Source: Hormiphora californensis (taxonomy: Eukaryota > Animalia > Ctenophora). From it: DNA of 64,000 nt. Of this stretch, positions 53,625 through 64,000 are shown piece by piece; position 1 is the first letter of the stretch; each line of letters begins with the position of its first letter. The stretch covers positions 806,001 through 870,000 of the forward strand of contig CM035360.1 of assembly GCA_020137815.1 (NCBI GenBank), given 5' to 3'. The translations under genes were made by a program, and so were the position numbers. The notes under the pieces are model-generated. The model worked only from the letters and a program-made list of their open reading frames with translations. It was not told the DNA's origin and did no database searches.

Positions 53625-53724
53625 GATCAGCTATTATATACAACACTGATAATTTGGTTTAGTACCATTATATCGATATAATGGTACTAAACCAAATTAT
53701 CAGTGTTGTATATAATAGCTGATC
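53625..53724. repeat. Perfect 100-bp spacerless palindrome
   Basis: GATCAGCTATTATA...TATC|GATA...TATAATAGCTGATC with the centre between 53674 and 53675. Confidence 0.95.
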
Positions 53725-53796
53725 GTTGTCTATCTTGTTAACACTGATAATACTATTATTAATAGATAGTAAGATTCATAAAACCAACCTTCAGCC

Positions 53797-59930
<6,134 letters not shown>

Positions 59931-60398
59931 TCTTTACACAACTAATTACTAGTACAGTCGGACCCCGATTTACCGGGATGCTCGGGGGAAATGGTTTTGC
60001 CCGGTAAATCGGGGTGTCCGGTATATCGGGGTCCGACTGTACTTTACACAACTTATTAATGGGTTACTAATTACGTTTTTCATGATCATAGAGGTTTGTT
60101 ATAAAGTAAAATAAAAGTAGAACAATTCTGTTCAAACACTATACTTTTCTTGAATATTGATTTTTTATACCTGTGGTCATTTTAGTGTTTTTAATGAGCC
60201 GGTCTTGTTTTGATAATAAGGATTTTTGTAATTGAAACTAATTATTTTTGTATCTTTGCATATTTTCAAAATTATTTTCAAAATTATAAACTTTTTGTTC
60301 TGTTCAACTTTTCAGTTCCTCCAACTCCAAGAAGTTCCGATCCGATGTAGAATTCCCCTAAACTAACACATTCTCATAGCTACAGCTACTAACATGGA

Positions 60399-62504
60399 AT
60401 GATAATTCTCCTTCTTCTCTCTTCCCTCCAATTATGGATCGCAGACGGAGCGGGAACAGAGAGGGACCGGAACAGAGACGGAGCGGGAACAGGGAGCAAC
60501 AGATCCCGCGACGGGAATTCATCAGTTCATACTGCTGAGAATGAGGAATATAGGGATAAAGCGAGGGAGATGTTTCTTCATGCGTACCGAGGCTACCTTG
60601 AGCACGCATACCCTTATGATGAACTCCGACCCATTAGGTAATTGTAGCAGGATTTAAGGCTGGTATAGCAGTGATAACCCATGTGATAACCCATGTGATA
60701 ACCCATGGTGAGTAGTGTTTGTCAAAAGGCGTAGAGGTAGAGGATGATGGAGGAATCTTATTACTGATTATATATTATTAATACCCATTGCTGTACTAAG
60801 TGTTAACCCCCTCCCTATATATTCCCTTCAGCTGCTCTGGCGTGTCTACCTGGGGTAATTTCTCCCTGACCCTCATCGACTCCCTGGACACGATGGTGAT
60901 TATGGGGCTGCAGGAAGAGTTTAGAGATGCGGTACAACGTGTTCTTGCTAATAGCGACTTCAACGTTGATAAAAATGTAGGTTTAAACCCATCGGTCTAC
61001 CGGTGCACTAAGCACTTGTTCTCTATGTCTATGTCTCTCTTTTTTTCGCACTCCCTCCCTATTCCTTCACTCCCTCTCTCCATCTCACTATCTCCCCCTC
61101 TCTTTACTCCCTCTCTCCATCTCTCCTCTTCCTGTAGGTGAGTGTATTTGAGACGAATATCAGGGTGGTGGGTGGTCTCCTCTCTGCCCACCTACTCCTC
61201 CAAAGGGCGGGTGGTGTTGAGGATATTCCAGAAGGGTGGCCCTGTACTGGACCACTTCTGGACATGGCTGTTGATGTGGCCAGTCGACTACTCCCCGCCT
61301 TCGCTACACCTACTGGTTTGTAGTCTTTCTACTTTTATTGACATTATAGTATGGCAGTATGTTTAATTCTCCCCACTCCCTCATCCTAGGACTACTCTTT
61401 TTACCATGTCTCCACACTCCCCCCTCACCGTACTGACCCTCATCCTAGGACTACGCTTTTTACCATGTCTCCATACTTCCCCTCACCCCCCCCTTCTTAG
61501 GACTACCCTACGGTACGACCAACCTGAGATATGGTGTTCCCCGTGGTGAAACGACGGTTACTGGTGTTGCTGGCTGTGGAACGTGAGTAGTTAATTTGCT
61601 ATATGTAACCATGGTAACCATGGTAACTACTGAACACTTTTCGGCATGTAATAAAACTTCGATTCGTCAACAGCTACTATTCATTGTTTTCTCTCGATCC
61701 CGGCTGTTGAGTAAGCACGGGTGAAGGATGAATGGTATTAATGTCTGATGTAACAACAACTCCTTCCAGATATTTGTTAGAGTTCGGGTTACTATCCCGA
61801 CTAACGGGTGACCCATCCTACGAGCATGCCGCCCGACGGGCCCTCCGGTCCCTGTACAATGCCCGCTCTACTATTGATCTCATGGGTAGGTAGTACACAC
61901 ATAGAACAGACAAACTGACGGACAGATGTAGTCACTACACACATCTGTCCATGAATTTGTTTGTTTGACTATCTGCTTTTTTGTCAGTCTGATTTGTCTG
62001 TAAAATCCAAACTAAAAAGGCCCCTCGCTTGGGGTTTCTTTTAATCGTGGGGATTGTAGCTTGCTAGAACTATTGATTTGTCTGTATTTACTACATATTA
62101 GTAATAAAAGTTAGATTTTAAGCCAACTTCCCAAGGGAATCACATTGACGTTTCAAGTGGCGAGTGGGTGTACAGGGAAGCGGGTATTGGAGGGAATGTG
62201 GATTCATATTACGAGTATTTGCTGAAGGCTGGACTCTATTTTGATGATGTAGGTATAGTTACCATGGTTACCATGGGGTTACCATGGGGTTACCATGGTT
62301 ACCATGGTAACGGGTAAAACGCTATCATACCCCATCTGTAGACCCATCTCTAATTTTAATTGCACATCCTTGGTATCGAAATTACCCCTAACTTGCTATC
62401 TTCCCTCTAGTTAGAGCTGGTTCGACAGTTCAAGGTGCTGTATCGGTCCGTTGTGCGCTATCTCCAACACGAATTCTGGTACATCTGGGCGAACATGTTC
62501 TCAG
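60399..62504 (+). CDS. EDEM2: ER degradation-enhancing alpha-mannosidase-like protein 2 (GH47), 3'-partial
   Basis: [48 protein letters not shown], the EDEM2-type [31 protein letters not shown]; the last visible exon ends at a GT donor near 62505. Confidence 0.92.
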
Positions 62505-63140
62505 GTAAATAATTATAGCACTGTTAAGTGCCCCGGACATTCGTTGTGTATCTGGTCAGCCCTCCGAAAAATACAGATGATCAATAGTGAAAACACATCA
62601 TAAAGATGTATTTTTTGATGTTGTCACCCCTTCTCGTGCGGTCGATTTTTGCGCTAACGTGTGGTGCACAATGCACGCCTCAAAATTTATAAATTTCACA
62701 TGCACATGCATTTGGGGGTGACAAGTTCAAACAAGAATATTTGCACCATGTATCTGACTTTAGTAAAGACGCATTGTGTTTCATAATCAGTTAAAATGTT
62801 GGACGTTGGTACATAATCAGTAATAACGTATTCATATCACTATTGTGTCCCTGATAAAGGCCATTTAAACCCCCTAGCCCTAGTTCCATGGGCAAAATTC
62901 TGCAAAATTTAGGCTGAATTACGCCTTTTATTATCAGGCCCAACGTATGCACAATTAGGCGTAATTCTGCAGCGTAATTCTGCCCATGGAACAAGGGTCT
63001 AACTCTCTATAAAGAGCTTTAAATATACTACATCATACATAATATTTCGTTTTCTAAATCTACAGTTCAACAGTTTAGAAAACGCCCCTCTTTACTTTCT
63101 ACGAGAGTTGGAGGGAGAGCTACTGTAGTTGGAAGAGGTT

Positions 63141-64000
63141 TTACGATATCTGGAAGGTGTCCATTGAGACATTGGAAATTTGAACCATGACAAACCTCAC
63201 ATCAACATCTATCGCTTTTTCTGCTAGAGTCTTTATTAGAGGGTCATATGTAGCCTGGCTGTGCCTAAAACACACGGCCAGAGTTTGGTGTCTGAGCAGG
63301 CTCCTCTCACCCAGAGTCAGGGGTTGACAATCTCGTGTCTGGATAAGATCTTTAAACCATGTGTAAAGGTGAACAACATCATCATGTGGATACCGAGCGT
63401 GCTCAACCAGAATTGCCGTTAACTCCGATGCCACCCAGTCTTGGGTCTCGTGATTTTCAATGTAGTCGTCAAGTAAAGCCCTCCTAATAGCTGGCAGTGT
63501 ACCCATCTTCCACTTAAGAGGGGTTATGAATCGATCCCTGCTCCTCCATGCCTCTTTCATCACGTGTGCAGCCTGGTCGAATAAAAACTGTGCATCCGTT
63601 AATGAGGCTTCGATATTGTCATCCAAGCTCTTGCATATTTTCTCGTAATAATGAACACATTGGTTTACGAGATGCTGTAGTTTAAATGATATGCAGAACT
63701 TATTAAACTGGTGGAAATTATCTTTAGTTAAGACGTCTTCTGCTGTTATTCGCCTCCTTACTGTCTTAGTTCCCCCAAGTCGACCCTTTTTCTCATGAGG
63801 GACTGTCCTTCCACGGAGAACTTCCATGACAGCCCAGACCGCCTCCCTATCAAATTCTGTCAAGTCTAAAGCCATTTCATGGTCCCAGGCAATCATCTGA
63901 TTGAACACAGGACTCCGTGATGTTAGAATCACACTCTCTACGGTAATAGAATCTTCCTTGACAAGTAGTTTCACCTCGCCTGAAGCGGCTTGCTCATCCC
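63141..64000 (-). CDS. BTB/POZ-like domain protein, antisense and nested in an EDEM2 intron (5'-open)
   Basis: At least 277 aa, frame open to the window edge; VKLLVKEDSITVESVILTSRSPVFNQM...LDLTEFDREAVWAVMEVL resembles BTB, followed by a helical region. Confidence 0.6.
   Translation of the reverse strand, partial: DEQAASGEVKLLVKEDSITVESVILTSRSPVFNQMIAWDHEMALDLTEFDREAVWAVMEVLRGRTVPHEKKGRLGGTKTVRRRITAEDVLTKDNFHQFNKFCISFKLQHLVNQCVHYYEKICKSLDDNIEASLTDAQFLFDQAAHVMKEAWRSRDRFITPLKWKMGTLPAIRRALLDDYIENHETQDWVASELTAILVEHARYPHDDVVHLYTWFKDLIQTRDCQPLTLGERSLLRHQTLAVCFRHSQATYDPLIKTLAEKAIDVDVRFVMVQISNVSMDTFQIS

Overview
Eukaryotic, intron-rich animal DNA. Nested intronic genes, acceptor-like AGs just upstream of start codons and the repeat landscape suggest a ctenophore-like invertebrate (inference only). 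Five co-oriented + strand host genes: the 3' part of a PNPLA6/7 (NTE/swiss cheese) gene (to 28741), a SNRNP25 homolog (30281-35923), an Ig-domain type I membrane protein (37896-53312), PLBD2 (53797-59930) and the 5' part of EDEM2 (60399 onward). Two antisense genes are nested in introns: a secreted repeat-domain plus Sushi protein inside the 19.3 kb PNPLA intron, and a BTB-like ORF inside an EDEM2 intron. The main mobile element is a 12.8 kb Academ (XPG-type) DNA transposon (38858-51669, TAG...CTA, TTG TSD). It has an apparently intact 13-exon transposase, ~1.29 kb TIRs, a second divergent 4-exon gene, a tRNA-like sequence, and one LINE-derived insertion in each TIR, one of them ORF1-only. Also present: a Mutator/foldback element, a full-length LINE, Kolobok/hAT/Harbinger/mariner MITEs, a Penelope-type fragment with a minimal hammerhead ribozyme, and tandem repeats built from exon-intron junctions. 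A GC-rich 31-bp array is an exact T-to-G transliteration of the adjacent array and is most likely a base-calling artefact. A 100-N gap (23477-23576) and homopolymer-distorted stretches (~15450-18400, 23577-24960) limit interpretation. Gene models were spliced by eye and some exon edges are approximate.
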